A stretch of 62,199 bases of DNA, the filler included, from Choristocarpus tenellus KU-1152 (Eukaryota > Protista > Phaeophyceae), in assembly GCA_964200185.2 (NCBI GenBank). It is 12 parts of 12 records of this genome, joined end to end, with 100 filler letters (N's around TTAATTAATTAA, not from the genome) between each part and the next. Parts side by side here need not be neighbours in the genome. Positions count along the whole stretch, not along the records: positions 1 to 6,809 come from CAXNAD020007300.1; positions 6,910 to 11,415 come from CAXNAD020014247.1; positions 11,516 to 17,696 come from CAXNAD020008742.1; 9 more parts are not named here. One strand, given 5' to 3'. Position 1 is the first letter of the stretch. Each line of letters begins with the position of its first letter. Below the pieces are notes generated by a model. The model did no database searches, was not told the origin of the DNA, and saw only the letters and a list, made by a program, of their open reading frames with translations. A program made the translations under genes and the position numbers. This document shows positions 1 to 12,071 of this stretch, piece by piece.

Positions 1-1029
1 GTGGGGGGAGGGGTGGCATTGAACATGTCCAAGGCACATATGGGGCTGGTGCAGAAGAGTCTACATCTCTTGGGCAAAAAAAAGCATCGCAACCATTGTT
101 TTTAAAAGAGTGTATCTTTGTCCAATCACAAACACATAACTGTTGTAGACACACTGCATTCTTGTGATACACTTTATACCCACAGGAGCACAAAAATCAA
201 CAAGAAGGCGTTTGCCTTTGCACCTCATTGATTCGTCTGTTGTCCTACACTGTTGTCAGCCCCAGCAGTTCTTTCCATTCAACAATGGGAGAGGCAAAAA
301 AAATGTAATAAAACAACACTACTGTAGTACAGCAAACATAAATCCGCCCCACTACAATCGCTGGTCAACTTCACTCTTTGTATTCTGTTTGAGATTCTCA
401 TTTTCTTCCGTAACATGAAGTGTTCTATTCATTTCACCATGGGCCAGGCGCCCTCACTCAGAGAAACAAATCCCCTTACAAATTGCTTGCTCAGATCTTG
501 TACTCTTCTCCCCCCCCTCCTCTCCCCCGCATCACCCTCTTGCCCTCCACCCCCATTCACAACAACACAACCCATCACATTTTCTGTATAATGACACCAA
601 ATACAAGCTTTGCGGAGGGCGGAGGGGAGGCAGAATAGTTAGCCAAATAGCTGTTGTGTTTGTTCAATCAGCCAAGGGCTAAAGCCCTGTCATGCTTCCG
701 CCAGTCTCACCGCCACTATGCACTAGCACACTCACCCTATAAAGCACCTCACCGAATGGACCAGGTGCAGCACAGGTAAAAAAAACAAAAAGTATTGTCT
801 TTGCAAGATCTTTTTCAATCCCATACCAAGTCTCTGCTTTCGTTCCACCTGAAGAGATAGATCCCTCCACACCTTTTCAACAAGAAAGGACACAAAAACA
901 TTCCCTTCATCCTCCCCAACTCGCCTATAACCTCGATAATTCAAATGTACACAACAAAGATTGGCGAAAAGCGCCCCCGCAGCTCTTCCATCATAAAACA
1001 TTTCGCTAGCACGCCTTCTTCCTCTCTCT

Positions 1030-1060
<31 letters not shown>

Positions 1061-3748
1061 CCCTCTTTCACCTTTATCACCTCTGCTATAATCTGTCACA
1101 TGAAGCTCACTCCTTACCTCTGCTTGCAAGGCAAGATGGTGACTAATGAACATTATCCCGCAAGGGTGTATCTATTACTGCCGACACCAACACATTTTAC
1201 CACCCTGTCGACAGCTTGCACCTTGCATATCCTCAAAAAAGAATCCACTGGCAGGTTCACAAGAGAGAGGAGCAGGCAAGCATTGAGTGCACAACCAGCA
1301 GCCCATAGAAATTATGGTAAGGTTAGAGGTGGTGTATGTGGCTACGAAACTGTGCAGCAACCCCCAGCGCTACCAGCATTGGCATGCCATGAGTTGGCTT
1401 CTGGATGCGCCGACGAAAATGGCTCTTGTGTCTCCATGACGTACCCCAATAGTTTGTCAAATGCCACAGAGTACATCTGTTTTGATGTTTGAGGGTTTAA
1501 CACGTACCAATGAAGGGGGGAGAGGATAGGTGGGTGGCATGTTTTACACACAAGTAAACGAGGTACCTGCATACATGTATGTGGGGGTGTGAGTCTCTAG
1601 GGTTGAGGGAAAATGTGCTGAATGGGACGCAATACTCAGTTTGTGTCCAAGCACAACGCACGTTGAAAAGGTCTATCAAGCAGCTCAGCTACAAGTAGCA
1701 ATCAGACAGATTACAACACACAAGGTGCAACACAACACACACATCAGCACTCACCACATATTTAAGGGGTGTGCCGTTTGCTCTAGGTGTTAAGGCTCGT
1801 TGGGCTAGCAATTGAAGTGACAGTACACAACCATTCAAACCACCTGCCCCATCAAATCTCCAACTAAACGAGAGCACCAATGGTAATAACACAATGATGT
1901 TCAGCATTAAAGATAAAATCTTTATCATTTTTTTTGTTATAAAGTCCACTATTCTGTGTGGGAGGGTACCCAAATCTTAGTAACACTGTGAAGTGCTCTG
2001 GACCGTTACACATAAACCTGGGCCCCAAAACTCGTCTTCCATATGTGGTGTGGGCTGCACAATGACTGTCGTAAGGTTAACGATTGGTGCACACAACAGG
2101 TATAGGCAGAGGAAGTGGAGGTTACCTGCGCTTGTTCTACACTTTGCAGTTCCGATGTCAGCTTCTGAACCTCAGCCTCCACCTTTTGAAGCGTTGTTTC
2201 AGACATTTCCCCCTCAAACTACCACGAGCAATCCGACCAAGCAGTCCGCCCTCGATAGCAGACTGTGCGACGTGAGGGAAGAGGGGGCGATATAGGGAAT
2301 AGTAATTTGAATCTCCCTTTGTGCAGACCGACGAAGGCGAACGTGTGCACAATCGAAATTCAGGCATAATGAACGGAGAGGGTCAACAACATGTGGAATC
2401 ATATCCATTGAACGACAGACGATCAACAAGCTCATCATTGCCTGAGACTCTCTGACAGCGATGATGATGGCCAACAATACGTCGTTCCTAGGAGTTCCTT
2501 ACTCCGTTGTTTCTGACCAGTTTCATAGAAGATTCCTTTCTGGCTCGAGATGACAGCCATTCTAGGGTGGGTAATGGGAAACCAGAATCCCCATAGGCAT
2601 AGCTGCCGTCACGCAATTATGGGAGGAAGTTTTGACTAGCGAAGCCATCACATAAGGAACACAAAAAAGACTGACGGTTGTCTTTCACCACATAGCACGA
2701 AAACGATAGAGTGTCAATATTGGTAGGTTGTCGTCACACACCACAACAGAGGATATGTCTCGAGTTCTTGCTAGCGAATCGTGTGACGCAAAACCCTGCT
2801 CCTCATGTTGGTCATCCACCGACATCACCTCTACAATACACAACCCTTTGCCCCATCCACTATACGTGTGAAAAACTCTCACTGCTAACCCTGCGATCTA
2901 TGTATAACATAGAATTCACCAACTAGTCGATTGAAGGCAGTCAAGTTATACGACGCTTGAAAGTTCGGATTCCTTCCACGCCTGTATTTCTGGGGTACAA
3001 CAACCGGTAAACTTTGCCGGAGAAATACTTTTCCATAACCTCTGCATGCGACTGGCTTCTCTGGATGGCATACCTGCCGGCACGATGCAAGTCCTAGTGC
3101 CCTCCAAGTCCCTCCTTCTACAGTGAACCTGTGATAGCAGAATATTGGGAGGTTGGGTATGTTTACTTTCCACTCAACAACCTACCATGGGCAGTGGTGT
3201 TTTAAATAGGGTTTTGGTTTAGTGGGCGGTACGGTATGACTAAGAGAGAAACTGTTATCCTCTACCATCCACGGTATACAATTATATATATACCGGTATT
3301 GTATATTTATTATATTGGAACCTTAGGTGCCAAAATGCGGGAGATTTCGAAATTTCTGAACTATTCTATTTTAATATTATGCCCTCTGACATTTTGCAGA
3401 TTCAGGAAAAAACCAATGAAAACTATATACATATGTGTATATAACTATTCTATTGTTCAAACCAGAAAAACACCACCTTTTTGAAGTTCCTAGCGCGCGA
3501 AACCGTCTCGCCTCTCGTGTTGAAGACCAGTACGTTTTGTGGTGACTAATTTGGCTTTCCAAGTCGCTTGCTTCGATCAGACTCTGCTTGGTGTTACACA
3601 TTCTAGGTGGAGACGTTCCCCCATACAGGGTAGACATTGAAAGATTTCCAGGTGTTGTGTTGTGGTCCCTTCACTTCAAGTGCGCAAATTAAGGGAGGGC
3701 TTAGGGTGAGGTCTGCTTCACCCCTTCATCATCTCTGGACCTAACAAA

Positions 3749-6080
3749 ATGTGCGGTATCGTGGCACTTCTCCTAGCGGAGGAAAATGCTCACGCCAACC
3801 AGGACTTGTTCGATTCTCTAACTGCTCTTCAGCACCGGGGTCAAGGTAAATTCCTGAGTTTGTGAGGGGTCATCATTATATTTTGGCCTTATGAAAAAAG
3901 AGACTGCTCTGTGCTGAACGGCTGAGCCCCCATGGAAATAATGTCTGCAACCGACCATTTTCCCACTCCTTTTGCATTGATTTGGTCAGGAAACAATGAA
4001 TCCTGGTTCAACTAAACCGCAAACCCGATCTTTTCATTATCTTGCACGTGTGATTTTGCACATTGCAAATGGTCTCTGTCCAACCAAGCTTCCTATCGAT
4101 GTTCGTCTTATGTCGACAGAGATACTCCAGTAACTCTCTTCGCCAACCTACCACCTCTGCTTTCGATGTCACGTGGCGATAGAATGCTAGCCATTTCTAA
4201 CTTTCCTCCTTACTTCTGTGTCCGCTGTCTTTGTCATCACCCCATGCGTCAAGATGCGGCCGGTATCATGACTTGTGATGTCCAGCGCCGCCGCCTCTAC
4301 ATGCATAAGGTGACTAGCTATTTGATTGATGCATTAGTTGTTACTCTGGTTTCCATTTCTGTAAGGGGTGGTGGCGTAAGTTCCGTCTTGGATTAAGTGC
4401 TCGAGGTTGAACGTACCACGATCTGGCCTTCACGCTTGGACTGACATTTCTGTTTTTGTATTATTGCACGAGCGAAGATAGATCACTCATCCAAACATCA
4501 ATGACATGCATTTACTGACTCCAGGAAAGCTCTTTCTCAAGGGAGGGAAGGACAAGGGAAAGAAAAGGTTCTCGTTCTCTTTTTTTTGTACTTGCCACAG
4601 TAATCCCCTGGTACCTTAGATGGATTGCCTACATGCCCAATGATTCTGGACTTTTCTCACCATCGTGGGATTAGCTGTTGTCCCTCTTTCACAAGGAGTA
4701 TGTTCTTTTGTGCGCTTGTACTTGCTCATAGGATGTATGTGGGCTGTCTCGGACTGAATGCACATGCTGGATGCTCCTCAAGTTCCTGACCTTTTTGGGG
4801 TTGGCTGTCGTTCCTCTTCCAACAAGATGATGCAAGCCCAGTGCCTGCAGCAGGCCCTGTCCGCTCACCCTTACAAGCTTCGTCAAAATTTGACACCACC
4901 CTGCCCCACCCACTTGTCAAGGACAATGGTCTTGTCAAGGATGTTTTCCAGCAGCACCACATGGTTCAGCTAAGGGGGAACATGGGGCTTGGGCACTGCA
5001 GATACCCGACAGCAGGATGCTCTTCCCTACAGGCACGAAACTCTGTAGTAACCTATAGAGTGCCTCGTTTTGAACCCATACCCATCTATTTTATATTTGT
5101 CCAGCACAGGTTTGTTATCTCCCCTGACAGTGATCCACTTTGTTGTGTGCTCTCCACCCACCTCTAACGGAACTTTACTCTCCATGTGTTGCGGCATGAC
5201 GTTTTTCTGTGAGCAAGGTGCACTTTGTGTCTCATTCCTCTTGTCTCGTTTAATGTTTGCATGAGTGGGCAAGAGTGTATGATGGAAGCTGTTTATTGTG
5301 TTACTGTTTGACATCTACTGGAGTATATATACACATTAATTCGTACACAGATATTTAGAATATTCAGCTTTTCACAGCAACAAAAATCTGATGAGACCGA
5401 ATCGTTTTCTCAAGCTTTTTCCAGGTAAGTTGTTGAGTGAGTCAATCCATGGGATATCAGGTTACGATTAGGTTCTTTTTTCTAACAGATACTTTCAAGT
5501 TGTTTAATGTAACAACTACGTTTTCAAGTAGAATTCAAATACTTTAAAATGTGTTCTTTATGTTGTATCTATAGAGGATTTTTTTATTATTTATTTGGGT
5601 TAACTGACGCTGTAATTGTCGAATTATTATCAAGCAGATGCAGAAGAGCTTGGATTCAAGTGGAGCGATCGTGTTTTTCTCCCTTACACAAGCGTTCCTA
5701 AATTTTGTGAACAAAGAAAACAGTGTACCGCTCTCTGCTCATAGTCACAAGAATGAGTTCGGAAAAACATACAGGCTCTTTTTGCTCCTGAAGAATGAAT
5801 GTACCTCTTGAAGGATGGGTTCCCTGTAAAGCCAGAGGGTTTTGGTACGTTTTCCTATTGGAAAGCGAGATTGGTGCCGCCCATTGTCTCAACCCGCATT
5901 CGGAGGATGCTAATTTTGGTTTTTATTTTGACAGTTACATGTATCCTCTTTTGATGGAGAAGTAACTGCCGCTGTGGGAGGAGACACACATAGCTGACAT
6001 TGGAAGGCTTGCACAGAAAAAAGGAACCTCTTCTGTCTTCTGCACTCCCTCCTCACCTTTGCCTCCTTTCCTATTTATCT

Positions 6081-6118
<38 letters not shown>

Positions 6119-6281
6119 ATATTGTGTTGCTGTGGAAATTTTGATATTGTAGGCAGAGGCACAGCCCATGTACTCCAACTATCCATTTGGAGTCTGCTTG
6201 GCACATAATGGAAACTTGACAAATGTGGATCAACTCCGTACCTCTGTCTTTGCAGAGGCCAGGCACATCAATACTGACTCG
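3749..6281 (+). CDS. purF: Amidophosphoribosyltransferase (glutamine PRPP amidotransferase), 5' part only (4 exons; the rest was not found after the assembly gap)
   Basis: Exons 3749-3845, 4254-4309, 4922-5032 and 6153-6281 splice in frame to [131 protein letters not shown]. This has the Ntn Cys2 nucleophile and the LQHRGQDAAG, GHx[18 protein letters not shown] and NTDS motifs of class II GATase/PurF. Intron 3 requires a GC donor. Confidence 0.95.
6084..6116. repeat. (TC)n microsatellite in purF intron 3
   Basis: Read directly. Confidence 0.9.
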
Positions 6282-6809
6282 GTGAGAGGCTATCAGTGTT
6301 ACGTCGGGGGGGGTGGGGGTGTGTTAGGGTTAGGGTTAGAGTTGGTGTGACTAGGGTATATACATTGGATGGCGAGAAAGAATGGGATCAGGACTGTTGA
6401 GTAGTTGGATGTGCAAATCAACTGCTTAGATGTGTGATGATGCCCTCTTCTCATTTGGGGGGGGGGGNNNNNNNNNNGGTTTGGGCGTGTGTGTGTGGGG
6501 TGGGGGGGGGGTGGGGGGTGGTGGCGGAGGTGGAGGTTCCATAAGGAGAGTATCTCATCAGTTGGATATATCGTGCAAGACATTCCATTGCTCAATGTTG
6601 TTGATTTTCTCTATCCTGTCTTGTTGCCCTGCATAGTCACATGACTGCCATCACATAGAGCGTAGGATGTTCATAGTGGGATGCTCATAGTGGGAAGCCA
6701 TGAACGCCTCAAGATAGGGTTTGAACTCCCCCTTGAACCCCCCCCCCCCCCCCCGCCCGCGGCCCCCCCCCCCGGCGGACTAAAAAAAAAAACCGGAACA
6801 GATAATAGT

Positions 6810-6909
6810 NNNNNNNNNNNNNNNNNNNNNNNNNNNNNNNNNNNNNNNNNNNNTTAATTAATTAANNNNNNNNNNNNNNNNNNNNNNNNNNNNNNNNNNN
6901 NNNNNNNNN
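6810..6909. other. Artificial scaffold spacer N44-TTAATTAATTAA-N44; identical spacers start at 11416, 17697, 20572, 23583, 26734, 31317, 35056, 50660, 54469 and 59318
   Basis: All are exactly 100 bp with an identical core that places stops in all six frames. Confidence 0.98.
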
Positions 6910-6953
6910 GACCCCAAATGGACAACCGTCACCCCCCCCAGATACTTTGAGCC
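6910..6953 (-). mobile_element. MITE family A, partial (contig edge)
   Basis: GACCCCAAATGGACAACC..CCCCAGATACTTTGAGCC lies directly after the gap. Confidence 0.75.
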
Positions 6954-7664
6954 TGGAGGTATCCCCACTAATTCTTCTTTGTCCACCTTGCTCCCATTTT
7001 TCAATCGGAAACTCCCCAAGCATCCATGTCTTGGTAAAGTCGTTCATCATCCCCCATGTCAGCATCTGGCTCAGCAAGTAAGTTCCTCTGCTTGCGCACC
7101 ATTGCCTTGATACTCTCACACCCAGTCCTCATAATAGAATTTTACAAGATTAGCAAAAATCAATGTGTTCCCATTTACGGAGAGCTATGCACCGGAGGAA
7201 GATTTTGTGGTGGTAGCAGAGCTTCAGATAATGAACCTGGCGGAGATTCCACGTCATACAACACCATACAACAGAACCCCATGTATAAAGGTGCCATTTT
7301 GTCGACATTAGCAGGTACATCAGCTGTATCTTTGGGCGGCACTAGTCACAAACAGGATAGTACAGGTGTGCAGTCCGCTGTGATTGCCACATAAGAGGAT
7401 ACTTGAAACCAGATTTCAGACTGAAAAAAACTTCTGGCATGGATGATATTCGAGACTCCATAAATGGAGTTACCTCTAGCCTGAACACCTACACTACAAA
7501 GACCAAACTACTTCATGTAAAGTACATCTTCCCAAGAAAAGCATCTGCAAGCTGTTGGATGACTGGACAGACGACTCGCAGTTCAAATCAAATCAACGTT
7601 CAAAGCAAATCTCCCTCCTACGCCCTGCCCTACGTATTAAATTGCACTCTACAAGGATAATATA

Positions 7665-9004
7665 CAGTACAGTATCAAAAGCACCACCGTGGATCAAATG
7701 TAGCTGCACCCCCAAGCACCTTCCATCGCGCGCACTGAGTAAAAAAACCTACTCGCTGATAAAAAAATCGCGACTGCCAAAAACATCTCGAATGTCTGCT
7801 TGTTTGATTGCCCTTGCCCCCATTGCGATGGGTCAATCCAGCTTTGCTATTCCAGAGATGGTACGGAACATCATATCCATGCTGCACTCTTCGACGGTTG
7901 TTTCTAAGCGTGCAAACTCGTCAGCCAGTTGAGAGTACGACGGTGGAGGAATCGATAACACCGAAGAGGCTGTTCCTTTCTTCTCGACCCCCGATGCTCT
8001 GCCCCCTCCCATAATCCCGTCATCCTCGTTACCCGAGCTTTCATTGTCTGACTGGTATAAGAATTTCTCGATACAGCTGGTCTTTCATGTCCTCTAGTAT
8101 CGCATTGGTTACCTCATCGTTGTCGTTCACACCAATTCACACTATTGCTGCGTTGATGGAAGCCTGAGACAGTTTTCCGTCGGGTTTGAGGTGCAGAGCG
8201 TCAAGAGCATTAGAGAGATCCACATTATTATATTGTGGGACTTGTCTCTACGAGCAAAATGGCCACTCATGATACTACAGAACACACAGTATAGACATTA
8301 CAGTACAAGAGAAATGCACGCAAGATTAAAAAAAAATCTATCATTATCCTCTTTAACAGTGGAGAAAGACAATTCAATCACTATCACAATCAACCTAATA
8401 TCAGACTTTTCAATCCACGCGACGACGCAACTCGACACGTTTGGCACCCCTCATAGACTTGGCACCAGGCTTCAGTGTCTGCGCTTTCTCCATGACGGTT
8501 ATTGCCTCCTTCAAATTGCAGGGGGTGCTGTGATCGATTCCAAACTTCTGAGCAACCACAGTTCCCGTCATGGTCTTCAGGAGTCTCAACGCCTCCACCT
8601 TCTTTGCAAAGCTAAAACGTTTACGATTGTTGGCACCGCAAGGCTGGTAGAGAGAGACTTTCTCGGGAAATATATTTGGCAGCACCTTTCCCTTGCCCTT
8701 GTTCTTGTTATCGTGGCGCTTCTATGTCGTGTTGTCACCAGCTGGTGGACTCAAGTCTTGTGCTTCTTGGGGCTCACGCACAATTTCCACACGCTTTTCA
8801 TTTCGCTGGACCCAAAATGGTTCCACCACACCGCAAATGCCATGAAGATAGCCGCTACAAATGTGACACTCAGGGCATGTATGGTGTGGCAGATCAGGAG
8901 CATTAACCTTTGTGTTGCAGCTGGATCCCACTGCGCAGGGCATCGCTATACCTGTAGAATGCAGTCGTCTAAACTTAATGTGAAACACTGTATGTACTGT
9001 ACTG
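7665..9004 (-). mobile_element. Internally deleted pogo/Tigger-type (Tc1/mariner superfamily) DNA transposon
   Basis: The minus strand at 8410-8685 encodes RKRFSFAKKVEALRLLKTMTGTVVAQKFGIDHST...GAKSMRGAK (CENP-B/HTH_psq type). It is preceded by a Cys/His-rich segment (8722-8988). An acidic, PPPSYSQLADEFARLETTVEEC C-terminal piece lies at ~7780-8050. Short TIRs CAGTACAGTA/TACTGTACTG are flanked by TA. No DDE core is visible. Confidence 0.65.
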
Positions 9005-11184
9005 TACAGTACTGAGAGACAACAGCCTGCTATGCTTTGTGTACTGCTGGTCTTGAGCAGGTTTGTGACATAAATATACTTTGTCTAACTTTAGACATGA
9101 CTTTTTTGGGATTTTCCTGATCATGTACTGAAAAAGAATGAGAGTTTGCTTGATATAATAAGAGAGAATTGTCAGAAAAACTCCGAAACTTCTCTGATAG
9201 TCCAAAAAGTAGTGACAATGCAATGCACCCTCTCTTACATAGGTAAAATGATTGTAGGTGATTCTATAAAATTATTATTATGTGAAACAGGTGGAAACAA
9301 GTCGACAGGTTCTTCAAAATGAAGGGGGGCGGGAAGACCCACAGGAGGAAAGATCAAAGAGAGACTAAGTCAAAGAGAGAGAGCAATCCCTCAGAATATC
9401 ACTCAGGAAAAGAGTGAACAAGTGAAAAAGTGAAGGGCTTTGGAAAGGTCACTCCAAATCACCCAATCTTACTTCAAGCAGATGTTACCTTCAACATGCA
9501 AAAACAAATGTCATACGAATATCATGATGTTCAAGATAGGTCACCTTCAGGGTATACCTTCTGTGGAAGATGGCTCTCACAATTATACCTTTGAGATTTT
9601 GGAGATAAGTGTCAGGAAAAACCAGTGAAAAAAAGTCCAATATCAAGACAACCCCTGAAAAGTAACAGTAGTTGTCTATCAAATTCTCATGTCACGCCCT
9701 TCAAATTGTCCTCACCGAACATAAACGTTACAACACGGGTCAAGGCCTGTTCTGATTATACCTTTGGACAGCCCTGGTCCAGCCCTGACAATTCCTGGTA
9801 CTGTGGTACCAATTTAGTCCGGAACAGCCCACTGTCCAGTACAGATATATTCTCTGATCGTCCTGGACTGGTCCCACAAAAAAAATATTTATTTCGAACC
9901 CCTCCCCAGTCTTATCTTTTTTCTTCCATATTTTTTCCTGTTTTCTCTTTTTGCGAATCTCTCATAGTATTTGTGTATTTATCGGCATGGGTATAGGTGT
10001 CTTTCTGGGACATGCTTTTGATACTAAGGGCCCAATCTCGTGTTCTTCCAATGTTACATTATCCTTCTCAACTCAAACCTGGAACAAGAGGTCAAGACAA
10101 GCTTCAGAGAACTCCTGACGAGGAGGATCCTTGGCAAGGTCCAGAGCCAAGACCAAATCTACCGATCTAACAACCACCTGCGTGCCCTCCCCGTGTTATC
10201 TGCACCACCTGTGTCTGTGCCAGGAGAAAAAGCCACGATCTCACCACAGTTGGCCAGGACTCCAGCACCACCTCCCTGTCTCATCACCAAGCAGTGGTGA
10301 GTCCTCAGACGAGGAAAATAACCCCTGAAAGCACTCAAAGTAGATTGATAACATTTCTATGATTGCGGAACCCACAGTGGAGGTAAGACCTCCCTCCTTA
10401 GCAATCAGCCAAAACCTTCGACACATCACCCTTCTTTAGTGCTTAGTCCGTATGTATCTGTCCTTCTATACAACAATGGTGCCAGCCAAGTGCCGATCCC
10501 AAGTCATGCTCCATTGTCGTAGCTACATGTAGCTAGTTAATTTCTTCAACCAAGCAGTTAGTTTATATTGTAGATAGACCATGGGTTGTCTTGACATTGA
10601 TGGTCGCACAATTATTCCATTATTTGAAAATCCTACTTGCGACTACTCCGGGGTAGGTTCCATTACATAAGGATATATGGCCATTGCTTGCTGCTAGACC
10701 CAGTGGCACAATGGTTGTTAATCTTTGAGTTGGGATTGAGAGGCATCTGCGTGGCAATGACCTCTTGCACAGCAACACCGAGGCTCCCAAGGAAAGAGAG
10801 ACGCAGTCTGCATTTCAATGCTTGCTGGGGCGTATGCCCAACACACCTGACTCCTAAAGCTTTGCGTCATCAGAAACAAAATTTACTTAACATAGGAGAA
10901 CAGCTGACAGTCGAGGGGGGTACTGCAGTAGTGACAATCAGTCGATCACCTACCCCCTCTCCAAGGAATCGGGATTGTGAGACATCCCAGGTTACAGTTC
11001 ACTTGTCTGCACCAAGATTGTCTTCCCTGAGATACAAGAAGTTCTTGAGCAGGCCTGTACTGTAGTGCAGCATAGGCAGTGGTTACCTCATCACAATTGG
11101 GTCTTTCGACTCCTGTCACGTAGGTAACCTCGATCAAGAATATGTGGATGGTCTCCAGATCAAGGAAAATTGCCTCTTCCCAAA

Positions 11185-11350
11185 GGCTGCAAGTATCAGG
11201 GGTGTGTGTGGTGACTGTCCATTGGGAGCCCATTTTTCCATGTCACGATTGGTGATTTGATTGCATGTGTTGGTTGGATAGTGTTAGTGCACTTCTCCTG
11301 GTCAGGTTTCAAATGGACACCCTGATGTGGACCCCCCCCCCCCCCCCCCC
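11185..11350 (+). mobile_element. MITE family A, diverged copy
   Basis: GGCTGCAAGTATCAGGGG..CTGTCCATT..GGTGATTTGATTGCAT..CAAATGGACACCCTGATGT matches the family consensus. The right end dissolves into poly-C near the gap. Confidence 0.75.
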
Positions 11351-11515
11351 ACCCCTGGCCCCAACAAACATTTTTCCCCCAAAAATAAAAATTTTTTTTA
11401 AAAACAAAAAAAAAANNNNNNNNNNNNNNNNNNNNNNNNNNNNNNNNNNNNNNNNNNNNTTAATTAATTAANNNNNNNNNNNNNNNNNNNNNNNNNNNNN
11501 NNNNNNNNNNNNNNN

Positions 11516-11620
11516 AACAGTTTGGAGTAGGAAAATGTAAAAAAAAAAAAAAACATAGGAAGCCAAGCCCCAAATGGACAAAAAGGGCAAAACCCGTACA
11601 CTCTAAGATACTCTTAACTT
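11516..11620 (+). mobile_element. MITE family B, partial (contig edge)
   Basis: GGAGTAGGAAAATGT..GGAAGCCAAGCCCCAAATGGACAAAAAGGGCAAAACCCGTACACTCTAAGATAC. Confidence 0.75.
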
Positions 11621-11985
11621 AGGGTTAGGGTTAAAGCAAGCGGTGAGGAAGAGTGATGGAACGGTCATTACGGTCATTACCAGTGAAGACTACGGAATAC
11701 AGTGTCCAGGTAGACCAGGCAAGAGATAAGCAGTGAGAACTGTGAGGAAAGATTTCTATGGTATACTGCAGGTTTATGCTAATTCTGTTCAAGTGACACA
11801 CACCAAAATGCGAGCCACTCCAAGTTGGTTGAAACCAATTGGAGGCACACACATCGTTGGCCATACCTTAATTATGCTGCACCTTAATTAGGTTGGGATT
11901 GACGGTCTACATGGGGTACTGGGACTAACACCCGTTAAAGGGCAATGATTCTGATTGGAAAGAGGCAGAGTGTATCATAAAATTT

Positions 11986-12071
11986 GGGCATTACCAAATA
12001 GCCTACATGTGCAATGGATAAAGTTAGGGCATTACCAAATAGCCTACATGTGCAATGGATAAAGTTAGGGC
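11986..12071. repeat. Perfect 41-bp tandem duplication
   Basis: GGGCATTACCAAATAGCCTACATGTGCAATGGATAAAGTTA x2. Confidence 0.95.

Noticed and set aside
1990-3180. Minus-strand coding-like fragments (e.g. CLKQRFKRWRL resembling a Harbinger motif)
   Set aside because: There are multiple stops, no DDE motif order is recoverable and no TIRs are seen, so I cannot support a call.
6854-6865. Recurrent palindromic TTAATTAATTAA as a biological repeat or CRISPR-like unit
   Set aside because: It is always centred in exactly 88 Ns, so it is an artificial six-frame-stop contig linker.
8191-9015. 274-aa plus-strand ORF
   Set aside because: It has a GTG start and no recognisable motif, and it is the antisense shadow of the minus-strand pogo remnant.
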